A DNA stretch of 64,000 bases from an uncultured Bacteroidota bacterium. GTDB lineage: Bacteria > Bacteroidota > Bacteroidia > Flavobacteriales > Flavobacteriaceae. The stretch is from positions 3,531 to 67,530 of the forward strand of contig CACIKV010000007.1 in assembly GCA_902587325.1 (NCBI GenBank). Direction: 5' to 3'. A program made the position numbers and the translations under genes. The notes under the pieces were generated by a model. That model was not told where the DNA came from, did not search any database, and worked only from the letters and a program-made list of their open reading frames with translations. Below, piece after piece: positions 49,301-58,807 of this stretch (positions within the stretch are counted from its first letter, which is position 1; each line of letters starts with the position of its first letter).

Positions 49301-49871
49301 TTTTTGTATCAACTACTAAATAATTTTCTTCTTTATCAATATTTAAAACGCTTTTAATACCTTCAGGCATATATTTAGTTAAATAGTCCTCACCGTGTGT
49401 TAACATTCCTCCAAAATGTCCTGCTAGGGATAGAAAAATAACATTTGAATAAAGGACATAACGATATTTAAAAATACTTTTTTTATTATCTCTGTTCCTT
49501 AGAAAATATAGCCAAATACATGTAAAAGCAGTCAATAACCCCAACCATTTATGAATATTTAATAATTCATCATCATAACTAGCATTTGATGCAAGAAGAA
49601 AACCAAGAATGGTTGTTGGAATAATAGTAATAATAGAAAACCAAAGTAAAATTCTACATGCAGAGTCTAGTTTTAACTTTGGCCTATAGCTATTAATCAT
49701 TTCCATAACAAAAAGAGCTATTAATCCACCAATTGGAAGATGTAATAATATTGGATGAAATCTTCCAACAAAAAACACAAAAGTATTGTCAACCCTGCCG
49801 TCAAGAGGAATAAGCAAAAGTCCAAGTAACATGGAGCTCAAAAAAATAGTTATTTTTAGATTTTTACTCAT
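46299..49871 (-). CDS. giant PSD-type protein (DUF1587/1592/1595/1588/1585 set) with two CxxCH motifs and an N-terminal polytopic membrane domain
   Basis: CYKCHGEEKQKGEMRFD, NAFRRP and CIDCHMKIDPYG. The N-terminal 160 aa hold 4-5 TM helices with GRFHPILLHLPIG (DUF2231-like, from memory). Confidence 0.8.
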   Translation of the reverse strand: MSKNLKITIFLSSMLLGLLLIPLDGRVDNTFVFFVGRFHPILLHLPIGGLIALFVMEMINSYRPKLKLDSACRILLWFSIITIIPTTILGFLLASNASYDDELLNIHKWLGLLTAFTCIWLYFLRNRDNKKSIFKYRYVLYSNVIFLSLAGHFGGMLTHGEDYLTKYMPEGIKSVLNIDKEENYLVVDTKIDSSSVESTYYINHIQPVIENYCYKCHGEEKQKGEMRFDNLNWDMVNGFDGEKWNLMLNEINLGEMPPEDQDQLTDQERRMLVDWISKNLDIAEAKQKDNKIVMRRMTKSQYTNSLNELLDVDIDFGDVLPNDGKSKMGFTNNGNILQTSKLHIDYYQKLAREALNKAIVNGIKPESKKYKVILGKNKGDGISGAEFGGYQTAPISNKDFIVQIFGKNDSVQKIKNKIGIGMRGSASNRYYVVDDGMILNSALPAKEVTPKSWQGPSPNLKLLIRQDFPREGKYAFRVEASKGYNSLSNERLIDLRKEDLLMDLSNAVTIHAKNLKKNEKFILKDKKWLIPKEFASWSEIEFSYDIPKDGIYKIDLIHPYVDSDVMPSYRVSLFGRKEHGIVSKRLDVMKKTTNNEITTPVTLAYFSKGKHKGLIGGKFFVGFSKLVFTPISNDDPLPKILEEEEKKNNSEYLNSNPSILAFAGSRTDDGMDYKALDNPIEVETPFGKSEIFEFTGMLENLPIPMGDSEVSGDLANILTFGLWNNHLVKESNLKGPPLLIKSVEFEAPYFPIWPPESHTKIFFESINKSDDKKYAEEVIEKFMINAFRRPLNAGELNRYLDFWNNIKDDFVSFEDSVKEVLIAVLCSPNFIYLNQPKEYDNESINDEFYLASQLSYFLWNSPPDERLIELASKDKLYNNLSKEIDRMIDNPKIKNFIDGFTFEWLRLDRHKNMDVDVNKYVDYTRFVKEDMFNETYEFMKHVLKNDLSILSFIDSDFAMLNQNLAEFYGINGVSGNEFRAVKLDKDQNRGGLLSQGSFLTGHSDGVQPHAIKRAVWLKEKILGDHPPPPPPNVPELNPETPGFENLTLKEQLFLHRNKASCIDCHMKIDPYGVVFENYDATGRFQQKFNGNMIDSKSILPDGNEVDGIQGIKDYILNFKTDEFTNSLVSNIFAYANGRDVGFADKNEINYIVNQVIKDKYSFRTLIKEIIFSSSFYKTDKNWFSKLFALK

Positions 49872-49921
49872 ATTAATAATTCTACAAAATTAATAGATTT
49901 ATTACTTTTGAAAAAAAATTT

Positions 49922-50356
49922 TCAATCTTTGATAGCAGTAGCATCATTTAACCTGTAAACCCCACTTGTAATATCATCATATATAAGTTGCAGCTTGCCT
50001 GTAACAGTAACAAGTTCATCCATCAAAAAATTATCATGACCTGGTTTAAGAATTAATTCAATAGCAGTCTCTGGACCACCATAACCACAAAAAAAACAAT
50101 CTGCATATGGATTTTGGGATAAAACATATACTCCTTCGTCTGGAGCTAATGTTAACATATAACCAGTTATTGTAATCTCTTTATTATTTAAATATTCAAC
50201 ATTTTTCCCAAAAAAAGGTACTTGAAAATAACTATCGTACTCTTCACTGTATTGAGATTTGTAATGCACATCCCTAAGCTCTAACCAGTCGGTTTTGATC
50301 TGAGAAAAAATTGACATTGAAGTTAATATTAATAATAAAGAAAAAATTTTATTCAT
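49922..50356 (-). CDS. small secreted protein, possibly DUF3299-like ABC partner
   Basis: Signal peptide. 144 aa. CFFCGYGG motif. Overlaps the permease gene by 8 nt. Confidence 0.45.
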   Translation of the reverse strand: MNKIFSLLLILTSMSIFSQIKTDWLELRDVHYKSQYSEEYDSYFQVPFFGKNVEYLNNKEITITGYMLTLAPDEGVYVLSQNPYADCFFCGYGGPETAIELILKPGHDNFLMDELVTVTGKLQLIYDDITSGVYRLNDATAIKD

Positions 50357-51563
50357 CGGATAGAGTTTTAGAAATATCCATTCTGTAAACCTGGATACTT
50401 GGAATTAAACACGCAACCAAACCAATTATAATGGAAACTATTAGTAGCCACCATTCATCATTTAAAACACCTGTATTATTTAAACTATAATTGAAATTTG
50501 CATCCATAATTTTTGAAATAAAAATAATGCTTAATCTACTTAATCCGATTCCGATAAAAAATCCAATTATTGTTAACAATAATGATTCATAAATTAACAT
50601 TAAGGACAGCTGAAATCTTGTTCCACCGAGTGTTCTAATAAGAGCTAAATCATACTTCCTTTCTTTCATAGAATTAAATAAAGTAATAAAAATACTGATA
50701 CCAGAAACTAAAATAATTAAGTAGGCAAGTAATGAGATAGTCTCTATCCCAAATCCAAAGAGTTTAAATAACCTAGAAATCTCATAAGATGGAACTGCAG
50801 ATTGGAGGTTAGTTTGTTCATTTATATATCTTGGAAATTGGATGATATTCATTGGGCTTTTAAACTTAATAAGCATTGCAGTAATTTCCTTTTCATCATC
50901 ATCGTGGTCATGCTCATCATCGTGGTCATGCTCATCATCGTGGTCATGCTCAGCGTGAATTTCCCAAATACTTTCAGGAGAAGTCAAAATTAATTGATCA
51001 GCAACAGAGTTCGAAAACTCCAAAATACCTTTGATAATAAATGGGTTATTTGCGTGAGCTTCACCTGTTTCTCTAAGTCCATGAGAACTAATAAATTCAT
51101 CTTCCAGATTTAAATTTAATCTATCAGCAATCTTGCTACCAACAACCACTTCAAAATCTTTACTAAAAAAATTACCTGATTTAATATTTAATTCATATAA
51201 TTCAAAAAATTTAGAGTTAGTACCTACTATCCTATATCCATTGTAGTTGTCTCCATATAGTAACGGAACACTATATCCAACCATTTTATTATTTTCAATT
51301 GCTTTGGCTTCTTTCAAAGGAATATTCCCTGTAGGTGAATCTACATGATATACACTAGACAATATTAGTTGAAGTGGACTTCCTTTTGCTCCAACAACCA
51401 TATCAATCCCTTTTAAATTATTATCCATTTGTTCTTTTAGAACGGTGTTGATTAATATCAATAAAGAAATCATGCTGACCCCTAATGATAATAGCATAAT
51501 GCTAAGAACAGAACTCATAGGTCTACTAAAAATATTTTTTAAACTAAGTTTAAAAATGCTCAT
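50349..51563 (-). CDS. ABC transporter permease, FtsX/MacB type, with His/Asp-rich periplasmic insert
   Basis: TM1, a large loop, then 3 C-terminal TM helices. The loop contains HAEHDHDDEHDHDDEHDHDDDE. Confidence 0.8.
   Translation of the reverse strand: MSIFKLSLKNIFSRPMSSVLSIMLLSLGVSMISLLILINTVLKEQMDNNLKGIDMVVGAKGSPLQLILSSVYHVDSPTGNIPLKEAKAIENNKMVGYSVPLLYGDNYNGYRIVGTNSKFFELYELNIKSGNFFSKDFEVVVGSKIADRLNLNLEDEFISSHGLRETGEAHANNPFIIKGILEFSNSVADQLILTSPESIWEIHAEHDHDDEHDHDDEHDHDDDEKEITAMLIKFKSPMNIIQFPRYINEQTNLQSAVPSYEISRLFKLFGFGIETISLLAYLIILVSGISIFITLFNSMKERKYDLALIRTLGGTRFQLSLMLIYESLLLTIIGFFIGIGLSRLSIIFISKIMDANFNYSLNNTGVLNDEWWLLIVSIIIGLVACLIPSIQVYRMDISKTLSDE
50897..50950. repeat. perfect 18-bp x3 tandem repeat (CATCATCGTGGTCATGCT) inside the permease gene
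   Basis: Read directly from the sequence. On the minus strand it encodes (EHDHDD)x3. Confidence 0.95.
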
Positions 51564-52180
51564 AAGTCAAGGGAGTTTTTAAAATGTTTTTTTAATCTGC
51601 TATCATGAGTTATAACAACTAGCTGAGCTGCATATTTTAGAGCTTGTTCTTTTAAAATATTAATAACATTAGCACAATTACTATCATCAAGACTGGACGT
51701 GGGTTCATCTGCAAGAATTAATTTTGGAGAGTTAATTATCGCTATAGCAATAGACACTCTTTGTTTTTCACCATGGCTTAATTCTTTTGGTTTTTTATTT
51801 ATTTTATCTAGAATCTTTAGACTTTCTAGAGTTAATTTTATATCTCCTCTTTTGTTACGACCCAGAAATTGAGCCAACTCTAGATTCTCACCAACAGTTA
51901 GAGAATTAACGAAATGTGGTTTTTGAAAAATAATACCAATATTTTCCCCTCGAAACTTATCTAGTTCATACTCAGAAAATTTAGAAATATCATTATTAAA
52001 AATATTAATTGTCCCTGATTTTGGACGTAGAATTCCAGCAAGATTATGTAATAATGTAGATTTACCTATACCTGAATTACCAAGGATTAATAAATTTTCA
52101 GTTGATTTAAGATTAATATTAGGAAACTTAAAAATAAAATTATTATCGTAGCTAAATTCTAAAGATTTTGTTACTATCAT
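51560..52180 (-). CDS. ABC transporter ATP-binding protein
   Basis: Walker A GNSGIGKST, signature LSHGEKQR, Walker B LILADEPT. Confidence 0.9.
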   Translation of the reverse strand: MIVTKSLEFSYDNNFIFKFPNINLKSTENLLILGNSGIGKSTLLHNLAGILRPKSGTINIFNNDISKFSEYELDKFRGENIGIIFQKPHFVNSLTVGENLELAQFLGRNKRGDIKLTLESLKILDKINKKPKELSHGEKQRVSIAIAIINSPKLILADEPTSSLDDSNCANVINILKEQALKYAAQLVVITHDSRLKKHFKNSLDL

Positions 52181-52182
52181 GA

Positions 52183-52968
52183 CTAAAGAGACTTAATTAA
52201 TCCTCCATCTATAGGAATATTTATACCAGTTATATAATTAGCTTTATCAGAACACAAAAAAGAAGCCAAATATGCAAACTCTTCAGGTTGGCCAATTCTT
52301 TTCATTGGTACTTGATTTTTCATAGATTCATAAATCTGATTAATTGGAACATCTAATTTTTTTGCTTTTTCTAAATTAATTTCTTCAATTCTTTCAGTTT
52401 GGAAATATCCAGTTAAAATATTATTGACAGTTATATTGCAGTCAGCTACATCATTTGCTAATGTTTTAGCCCATGTTACTACTGATCCTCTAATCGAATT
52501 TGATAATGCCAGGTAGCTTAATGGTTCTTTTACAGAGATCGAAACCATGTTCAATATCCTTCCCCAATTATTTTTTTTCATGTGCGGTAAGGCTGAAATG
52601 GTTGTGAATACAAAAGATTTAAATAATAAATCAAATGCATTTTGATAATCTTGGATTAATAAACTTTCTATATCACCTGATTTGGGACCCTGAGTATTGT
52701 TAACTAAAATATCAATCTCATTTTTTTTTAGAAAAGATAAAATAGTTTTTTTAAATGAATTGAAATTATTGAAATCAACAACAAGATAACTGTGATTATT
52801 ATTAGTTTCCTTTTCTAATGAATAAACAATACCTTTTAATTTGTTTTCGTTTCTTGACATTAACGTCACAGATGCTCCAGAATATGCTAATTGTTTAGCT
52901 ACAGCAAGTCCAAGTCCACGTGAACTTCCACCAATTAAAGCTCTTTTTCCTTTAAGCGATATATTCAT
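52183..52968 (-). CDS. short-chain dehydrogenase/reductase
   Basis: GGSSRGLG and an NNTQG-like block. 261 aa. Confidence 0.8.
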   Translation of the reverse strand: MNISLKGKRALIGGSSRGLGLAVAKQLAYSGASVTLMSRNENKLKGIVYSLEKETNNNHSYLVVDFNNFNSFKKTILSFLKKNEIDILVNNTQGPKSGDIESLLIQDYQNAFDLLFKSFVFTTISALPHMKKNNWGRILNMVSISVKEPLSYLALSNSIRGSVVTWAKTLANDVADCNITVNNILTGYFQTERIEEINLEKAKKLDVPINQIYESMKNQVPMKRIGQPEEFAYLASFLCSDKANYITGINIPIDGGLIKSL

Positions 52969-53276
52969 TTATATTCTTCTCTTACAGGACTAAAAATATC
53001 CATAAGTTTACAATCAGTTAGTGCTAATCCAGAGTGCTCAATATTTGAAGGTATTATAACCAGATCTCCATCATTATAAATTTTTTTTACACCCCCTAGT
53101 GTAAACTCGAATTTACCATTAATTACATGCATTATTTGCTCGTGGTGATGTTTGTGAGAATCTACTCTGGCATTTTTTTTTACATCCCAAAATACACAAC
53201 TAATTTTTTCACCGTGAATAAACTTTCCTTCAAAACCAGGAAATATTTCTCTTATTTTAATTTTACTTAAATTCAT
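52965..53276 (-). CDS. cupin domain protein
   Basis: SHKHHHEQIMHVINGKFEF and PSNIEHS. 103 aa. Confidence 0.7.
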   Translation of the reverse strand: MNLSKIKIREIFPGFEGKFIHGEKISCVFWDVKKNARVDSHKHHHEQIMHVINGKFEFTLGGVKKIYNDGDLVIIPSNIEHSGLALTDCKLMDIFSPVREEYK

Positions 53277-53312
53277 TTTTTGAGATTAAAAGTTAAATTA
53301 CAAAACTTAAAT

Positions 53313-53744
53313 TTATTTTACCAAAACCTTTTTGTCGTTAATGTATACAGAATAAGTAATCTTTGCTGTTGCTTCTAATGTTTTAGAAACTGAACAATAT
53401 TTTGTGAAGGAAAGCTTACATGCTCTAAAAGCTTTATTATAATCAATATCTCCAACAAATTTTACATCAGCATGAATTTTTTTAAATAGTGAAGGTAGTT
53501 CTCCTTTTTCTCTTTCACCTGAAACTTCTATTGTTAATTCTTTAAATTTTTGTTTTTGTTTTTTTAATATTGAAATAATATCAATGCTACTGCATCCAGC
53601 AACTCCCATTAGCAGAAGTTCCATTGGCGATACTCCCTTTGGGTTTTTGACAGACTTATTGTCAATTGAAATAAAATTTCCATTTTCATTTTCAATAGTT
53701 GAATATGAATTAGAAATATTTTTCAACTTTATTTTCATTTTCAA
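53313..53744 (-). CDS. OsmC family peroxiredoxin-like protein
   Basis: SPMELLLMGVAGCSSID and YCSVSKTL (two conserved Cys). Confidence 0.8.
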   Translation of the reverse strand: MKMKIKLKNISNSYSTIENENGNFISIDNKSVKNPKGVSPMELLLMGVAGCSSIDIISILKKQKQKFKELTIEVSGEREKGELPSLFKKIHADVKFVGDIDYNKAFRACKLSFTKYCSVSKTLEATAKITYSVYINDKKVLVK

Positions 53745-55278
53745 TTAATTAATCTTGCTGATAAATCAGGGTCCTTCATATCCTTATCTAAAGGATACAT
53801 TGGCCGTCTAATATTTTTATAACCAAGTCTATCCAAATCCTGATCTACTCCTCCAGGTGTAAGTGCCATGATCCAATCTCCTCTAATATCATATAATTCA
53901 GGTACAAGATATCCAATTTTAACTACGAGTATTCCAGTTGAATCAGGTTCTAAATTTAATTCAGTAAAATCGGAAATATAATGATATGGTTTTCTTTTAT
54001 TTGTGACAATTATATAATTGTTATTAACCTTAACAACAGCTTCTAACTCAGCATTTAAGTCACCTCGTTTTAAAGAATGAACAATCCCGTTAATTTCGAT
54101 TGGTGGAGAATACCTATCATCAATCATTGCTCCCACAAAACCACTAACATTATTTCCAATACCTGCTTCAAATGCTTTTGAAATCAAATCGGGACCGGGA
54201 ATTGAGGCATAAATTAATTCTGGGCTATCGTTCTTTTTTAATTGTTCCATTTTTAATATTTTATCTAAAGTCCAGGTTACGTCACCTGCACCACCAGCAG
54301 TAGGATTGTCGCCCATATCACTTATTATAAATGGTTTAAAATCTAACCTTCTTTTGATATAATCAAAAGCATTATCAAATGCTATATCTAGAGTTGTTGT
54401 TGGTGCAACAAATTCAAATTCATGTCTAAAGTTCCAAAAATCATTTGCTAATTCCTCGGCACTTTCTATAACTTCTCTTTTGTCATCTCCATACGTCATC
54501 ACTACGGCATGATTCCTTGGAGCATCTCCCCAAGCATATCCAACCCATATTGCCGCATCAATAACCCCATTTTTTTTTGTCATTGGGTCAACTTTGCTGT
54601 ATAGTTTTTTTCCTGGATTAACTCTTGTGCTGGTTTTTTCACCAGGAAGTAAAATTGGAACGGGAATCCACGCTTTATATTTAGGTTTACCTTTTCCCGA
54701 AACAAGTCTTTCAATTAAATTATCCAAAGCTCTTTGTTTAGATTCCATTGCATCCTCATGAGGTGCCATCCTGTAACAAGTAATCAAATCAGAATTAGTA
54801 GCTAATTTTTTAGAAACATTTCCATGAGAATCCATGGATGTAGATATTAGAGTTTTAGAACCAATTACTTCTCTAATTCGTTCTATAAAATCACCCTCAG
54901 GATCATCCATTCCTTCAACATTCATTGCTCCATGAATATCAAAAATAATCCGTCTAGAGGTAAAGTTTTTTTTGTTCTTTCAATTATTTCATTTACCATT
55001 AATTCATATGATTCTTTAGTTACCACGCCACCAGGTAAGGCTCTAGCTCTCATGGTTGGAAACCAGTTTGCTTTATCCTTGTAACTCTCATCAAAAAAAG
55101 TATAGCTTGAGAATATTTCATTATTTTTTTTGATTTTAAAATCACTTATTGTTGTTCTAGAGGGAGAGAAACTACTAGATTCTATCCAAATGCCAGCAAT
55201 TCCGATTCTAGGTTTTTCTATACTGTTACATGAAACAGTTGTACAAATAATTAAAAGCAGTAATTTCAGTTTGTTCAT
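53741..55278 (-). pseudogene. M81 (MlrC-like) metallopeptidase lipoprotein, split by a 1-nt frameshift in a homopolymer
   Basis: ORF 54922-55278 ends ..LPLDGLFLIFMEQ*. The next frame reads DIHGAMNVEGMDDPEGDF, which restores the family block LDG..L(D)xHGAM. The shift lies in the A5 run at 54941-54945. Confidence 0.65.
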
Positions 55279-57383
55279 AAAATATCATTTTGTAATCCAA
55301 TAAGGAATGCATATTCCATAGCAATTTCTTTTAGGGCATTAAATCTTCCTGATGCTCCGCCATGACCAGTATCCATATTTGTATGAAGAAGTAAATGATT
55401 TTTAGATTTATTGTAATCACGAAGCTTAGCTATCCATTTTGCTGGTTCCCAATACTGTACTTGTGAGTCGTGTAAACCAGTAGTTATCATTAAATTAGGA
55501 TAATTTAATTTATTCACATTGTCGTATGGTGAGTAAGACAACATATATTTATAATATTCAATTTCATTTGGATTTCCCCACTCATCATACTCCAATGTAG
55601 TCAAAGGTATTGAATCATCTAGCATTGTAGTCATAACATCAACAAAAGGAACTGATGCGATCACACCATTAAATAATTCTGGTTCCATATTGATTACCGC
55701 TCCCATAAGTAATCCACCTGCTGATCCACCCATCGCATAAAGATTCTTGCTTGAGGAATATTGTTTATTAATCAAATGTTTGGCAGAGTATATAAAATCC
55801 AAAAATGTATTTTTTTTATTTAATAATTTTCCATTTTCATACCAATCTCTGCCCAAGTATTCACTTCCCCTAATATGTGCGATAGCATATACAAATCCTC
55901 TATCCAATAGACTTAATCTAGTTGTTGAAAAGTAAGGATCAATAGTTATTCCATAGGATCCATAACCATATAACAATAGTGGAGTATCCTTTTGTAAAAC
56001 TGTTTCTTTCCTTTTTACAATAGAAATAGGTATTTTAATACCATCGTGAGATTTAGCCCATATTCTTTTGGAGACATAATTGTCTGGATCAAAATTTTTG
56101 TCAATAACCTCTTGATTTTTTAAAACTTTTTTTAATTCAGTTTTCATGTCAAATTCAATTACAGAACTAGGATTGATCAATGATGATAAGTTATATCTAA
56201 GCTTTTGTGTGTTAAAATCTAAATTGGTGCCCAGTGATGCACTATAGGTTTCACCATTCATAGGCAGATAGTAATCATTTTTTTTATTCCAGTTTTTTAT
56301 TCTGATTTTAAGTAACCCTTTATGTCTTTCGACAATAACAAAATATTCATTAAATAATTCTATGTCCTCAATTAATACATCATCTCTGTGTGGTACAATT
56401 TCTTCCCAATTTGAAAAGGAGGTATTATTAATTGAGCATTTCATTATTCTAAAGTTTTTAGAATTCTTAGAATTTGTCATTATATAAAAGTTGTCACTAA
56501 AATGACTAATGCTATATTCATGATTATCTTCTCTTTTTAAAAACAACTTAAACTTTTCTTTTGGTTTATTAGAATTTAAATATCTAATTTCTGAAGACAA
56601 GGTACTTCTTGAATAAATTATTAAATAATCTTGTGATTTTGTTTTACTAATCCCTGTACTAAACTCATCATCTTTTTCTTCATAGACCAAAATATCTTTC
56701 TTACTTTCTGAATTTATTTCATGTCTAAAAATTTTATTCACTCTAAGAGTTGTGTCTTCCTTTTTAGAATAAAATACTGTTTTATTATCGTTAGCCCATG
56801 TAATTGACCCAGTTGTATTTTGAATAGTTTCTTTATAATATTTTCTTGATTCAAGATTTAAAAATTTTATGGAATACAGTCGTCTAGAAAGGGTGTCAAA
56901 ACTAAAAGCTAAAATCTTATTATTTGGACTTATACTTAATCCCCCAATGTTATAATATTTGTATTTTTTTGCAAGTTTGTTTACATCAATTAATATCTCC
57001 TCTTCATTTTCTAAGCTTTTATATTTTCTAGTATAAATTGGATAATCCTTCCCTTTTTCAAATCGCTTAATATACCAATATTCATTAAAAAAATAAGGAA
57101 CTGACATATCGTCTTTCTTAATTCTTGATTTCATTTCACCAAATAATTCTTTTTGTAGATCCTCTGTTTTTTTTAGCACCTGCTTTGTATATTTATTTTC
57201 AGTGTTTAAATAATTAATCACATTTTCATCGTTCTTATTATTCAACCAGAAATAGTTGTCAACTCTTACATCATTATGAGCTACTAATTCTTTTTTAATT
57301 TTTTTTGCAGACGGAGCTTCCAAATTCATATTACAAGATATAAGACAATTTAGTGTAAAAATCAAAGAAAGTTTTCTCATCAA
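55275..57383 (-). CDS. ptrB: oligopeptidase B (S9A prolyl oligopeptidase family)
   Basis: N-terminal propeller. GGSAGGLLMG nucleophile and C-terminal DTGHGG. Confidence 0.9.
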   Translation of the reverse strand: MMRKLSLIFTLNCLISCNMNLEAPSAKKIKKELVAHNDVRVDNYFWLNNKNDENVINYLNTENKYTKQVLKKTEDLQKELFGEMKSRIKKDDMSVPYFFNEYWYIKRFEKGKDYPIYTRKYKSLENEEEILIDVNKLAKKYKYYNIGGLSISPNNKILAFSFDTLSRRLYSIKFLNLESRKYYKETIQNTTGSITWANDNKTVFYSKKEDTTLRVNKIFRHEINSESKKDILVYEEKDDEFSTGISKTKSQDYLIIYSRSTLSSEIRYLNSNKPKEKFKLFLKREDNHEYSISHFSDNFYIMTNSKNSKNFRIMKCSINNTSFSNWEEIVPHRDDVLIEDIELFNEYFVIVERHKGLLKIRIKNWNKKNDYYLPMNGETYSASLGTNLDFNTQKLRYNLSSLINPSSVIEFDMKTELKKVLKNQEVIDKNFDPDNYVSKRIWAKSHDGIKIPISIVKRKETVLQKDTPLLLYGYGSYGITIDPYFSTTRLSLLDRGFVYAIAHIRGSEYLGRDWYENGKLLNKKNTFLDFIYSAKHLINKQYSSSKNLYAMGGSAGGLLMGAVINMEPELFNGVIASVPFVDVMTTMLDDSIPLTTLEYDEWGNPNEIEYYKYMLSYSPYDNVNKLNYPNLMITTGLHDSQVQYWEPAKWIAKLRDYNKSKNHLLLHTNMDTGHGGASGRFNALKEIAMEYAFLIGLQNDIL

Positions 57384-57489
57384 AAATAGTTTTAAATATC
57401 AATAAATTTAACTGAAAACCAACATAAATTTAAATTATAACTTTGATAAACAGAATAATATTTGTTTTTTTGCAAGCTAAATAAAGTTA

Positions 57490-57837
57490 ATGAGGAAAAT
57501 TTTAAAACATTCTGACATATTTGGTGCTACTTCTTCAGCATTGTGCCTGTTACATTGTATTGTTACCCCATTTCTATTTTTTGTTCCATTTTGGTGGTCT
57601 GGGTTAAATTTTGCTTTTATTTTTGTTTCCCTTTTTGCAGTTTACTACTCAGCCAGAAAAACCTCAAGAAAAATCATGAAACCATTGTTTTGGGTTGGTT
57701 TTTTAGTTCTTTCATTTTTAATCTTGAATGAGGAATATGGAACATTACATATTCCTGAGCTAGCTACTTACATTGCAGCATCAAACCTTGCATTTTTACA
57801 CATTTATAATTTAAAATATTGCCAGTGTGACGATTAG
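57490..57837 (+). CDS. MerC-like membrane protein
   Basis: SSALCLLHCIVTPFLF motif. 4 TM. 115 aa. Confidence 0.55.
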   Translation: MRKILKHSDIFGATSSALCLLHCIVTPFLFFVPFWWSGLNFAFIFVSLFAVYYSARKTSRKIMKPLFWVGFLVLSFLILNEEYGTLHIPELATYIAASNLAFLHIYNLKYCQCDD

Positions 57838-57864
57838 GAATGTTGTGCTGGTAAAAAATAATTT

Positions 57865-58767
57865 TTAAAAATAAATATCTTTTCCTAATCTGAACGTATT
57901 GCAGTGGGCCTCTATGATGTCTTGAATGTTTTCCGAGTATCCTCCACCCATGCTAATTTGTACAGGAATATTATATAATTTACATATACTCAATATAAAA
58001 AGATCTCTTTTTTTACAACCTTCAATACTGAGACCTAATCTTCCTAATTTATCAGTTTTAAGAATATCAACACCAGATAAATAAAATATAAAATCAGGTT
58101 TAAGTTTATGAATTAAATTAGGAATAACATTTTCTAGCTTTTTTAAATATTCGCTGTCATCAGCTTCATCATCAAACTCAACATCTAAATCACTTTTTTC
58201 TTTTTTAAAAGGATAATTTTTTTTTCCATGAAAGGATAAAGTAAAAACATTTTCATTATCATTAAAAATGGAAGCCGTTCCATTTCCTTGATGAACATCT
58301 AAATCAATAATCAAAATTTTTTTTGCTAAACCATTATTTAAAAGGTAGTTTGCAGCAATCGCTTGGTCATTAAGCATACAAAAACCTTCTGCTTTATCAT
58401 AAAAAGCATGATGTGTTCCTCCAGCTATATTCATAGAAATCCCATTTTTAAAAGAAAACTTTGTACATTCTATAGTTCCTTGAGCTATTTTTCTTTCTCT
58501 TTCAATTAGAAGCTCACTCATTGGAAATCCAATTGGCCGAATTTCTTTCAAAGAAAGAGATTGAGAGATTAATTTCTTATAATATTTCTTACTATGAGTT
58601 AAAATGATATCTTCCTCTTTTATTAAGCCAGGCTCAAAAAAATTTTCTTTGGAGAGAGTATTTTCGGAAATTAATTTTTTTGGAATTAAATCATATTTTT
58701 CCATAGGAAATCTATGATTTATTGGGAGAGGGTGTTTATATATTTTACTGTAAGCTACTTTAAGCAT
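57865..58767 (-). CDS. histone deacetylase-family (acetylpolyamine/AcuC-like) amidohydrolase
   Basis: GGTHHAFYDKAEGFCMLND and DLDVHQGNG. Confidence 0.85.
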   Translation of the reverse strand: MLKVAYSKIYKHPLPINHRFPMEKYDLIPKKLISENTLSKENFFEPGLIKEEDIILTHSKKYYKKLISQSLSLKEIRPIGFPMSELLIERERKIAQGTIECTKFSFKNGISMNIAGGTHHAFYDKAEGFCMLNDQAIAANYLLNNGLAKKILIIDLDVHQGNGTASIFNDNENVFTLSFHGKKNYPFKKEKSDLDVEFDDEADDSEYLKKLENVIPNLIHKLKPDFIFYLSGVDILKTDKLGRLGLSIEGCKKRDLFILSICKLYNIPVQISMGGGYSENIQDIIEAHCNTFRLGKDIYF

Positions 58768-58807
58768 AAATAAAATATTTTACACATGAATAAAATGATT
58801 ATAATTA

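Noticed and set aside
50897-50950. CRISPR-like or IS-related repeat
   Set aside because: It consists of three contiguous 18-bp units with no spacers, in frame inside a permease gene. It is a coding tandem repeat.
53741-55278. Two separate genes (118-aa lipoprotein and 394-aa protein)
   Set aside because: Together they reconstruct a single MlrC/M81 protein across a 1-nt shift in a homopolymer, and neither part is a complete domain alone.
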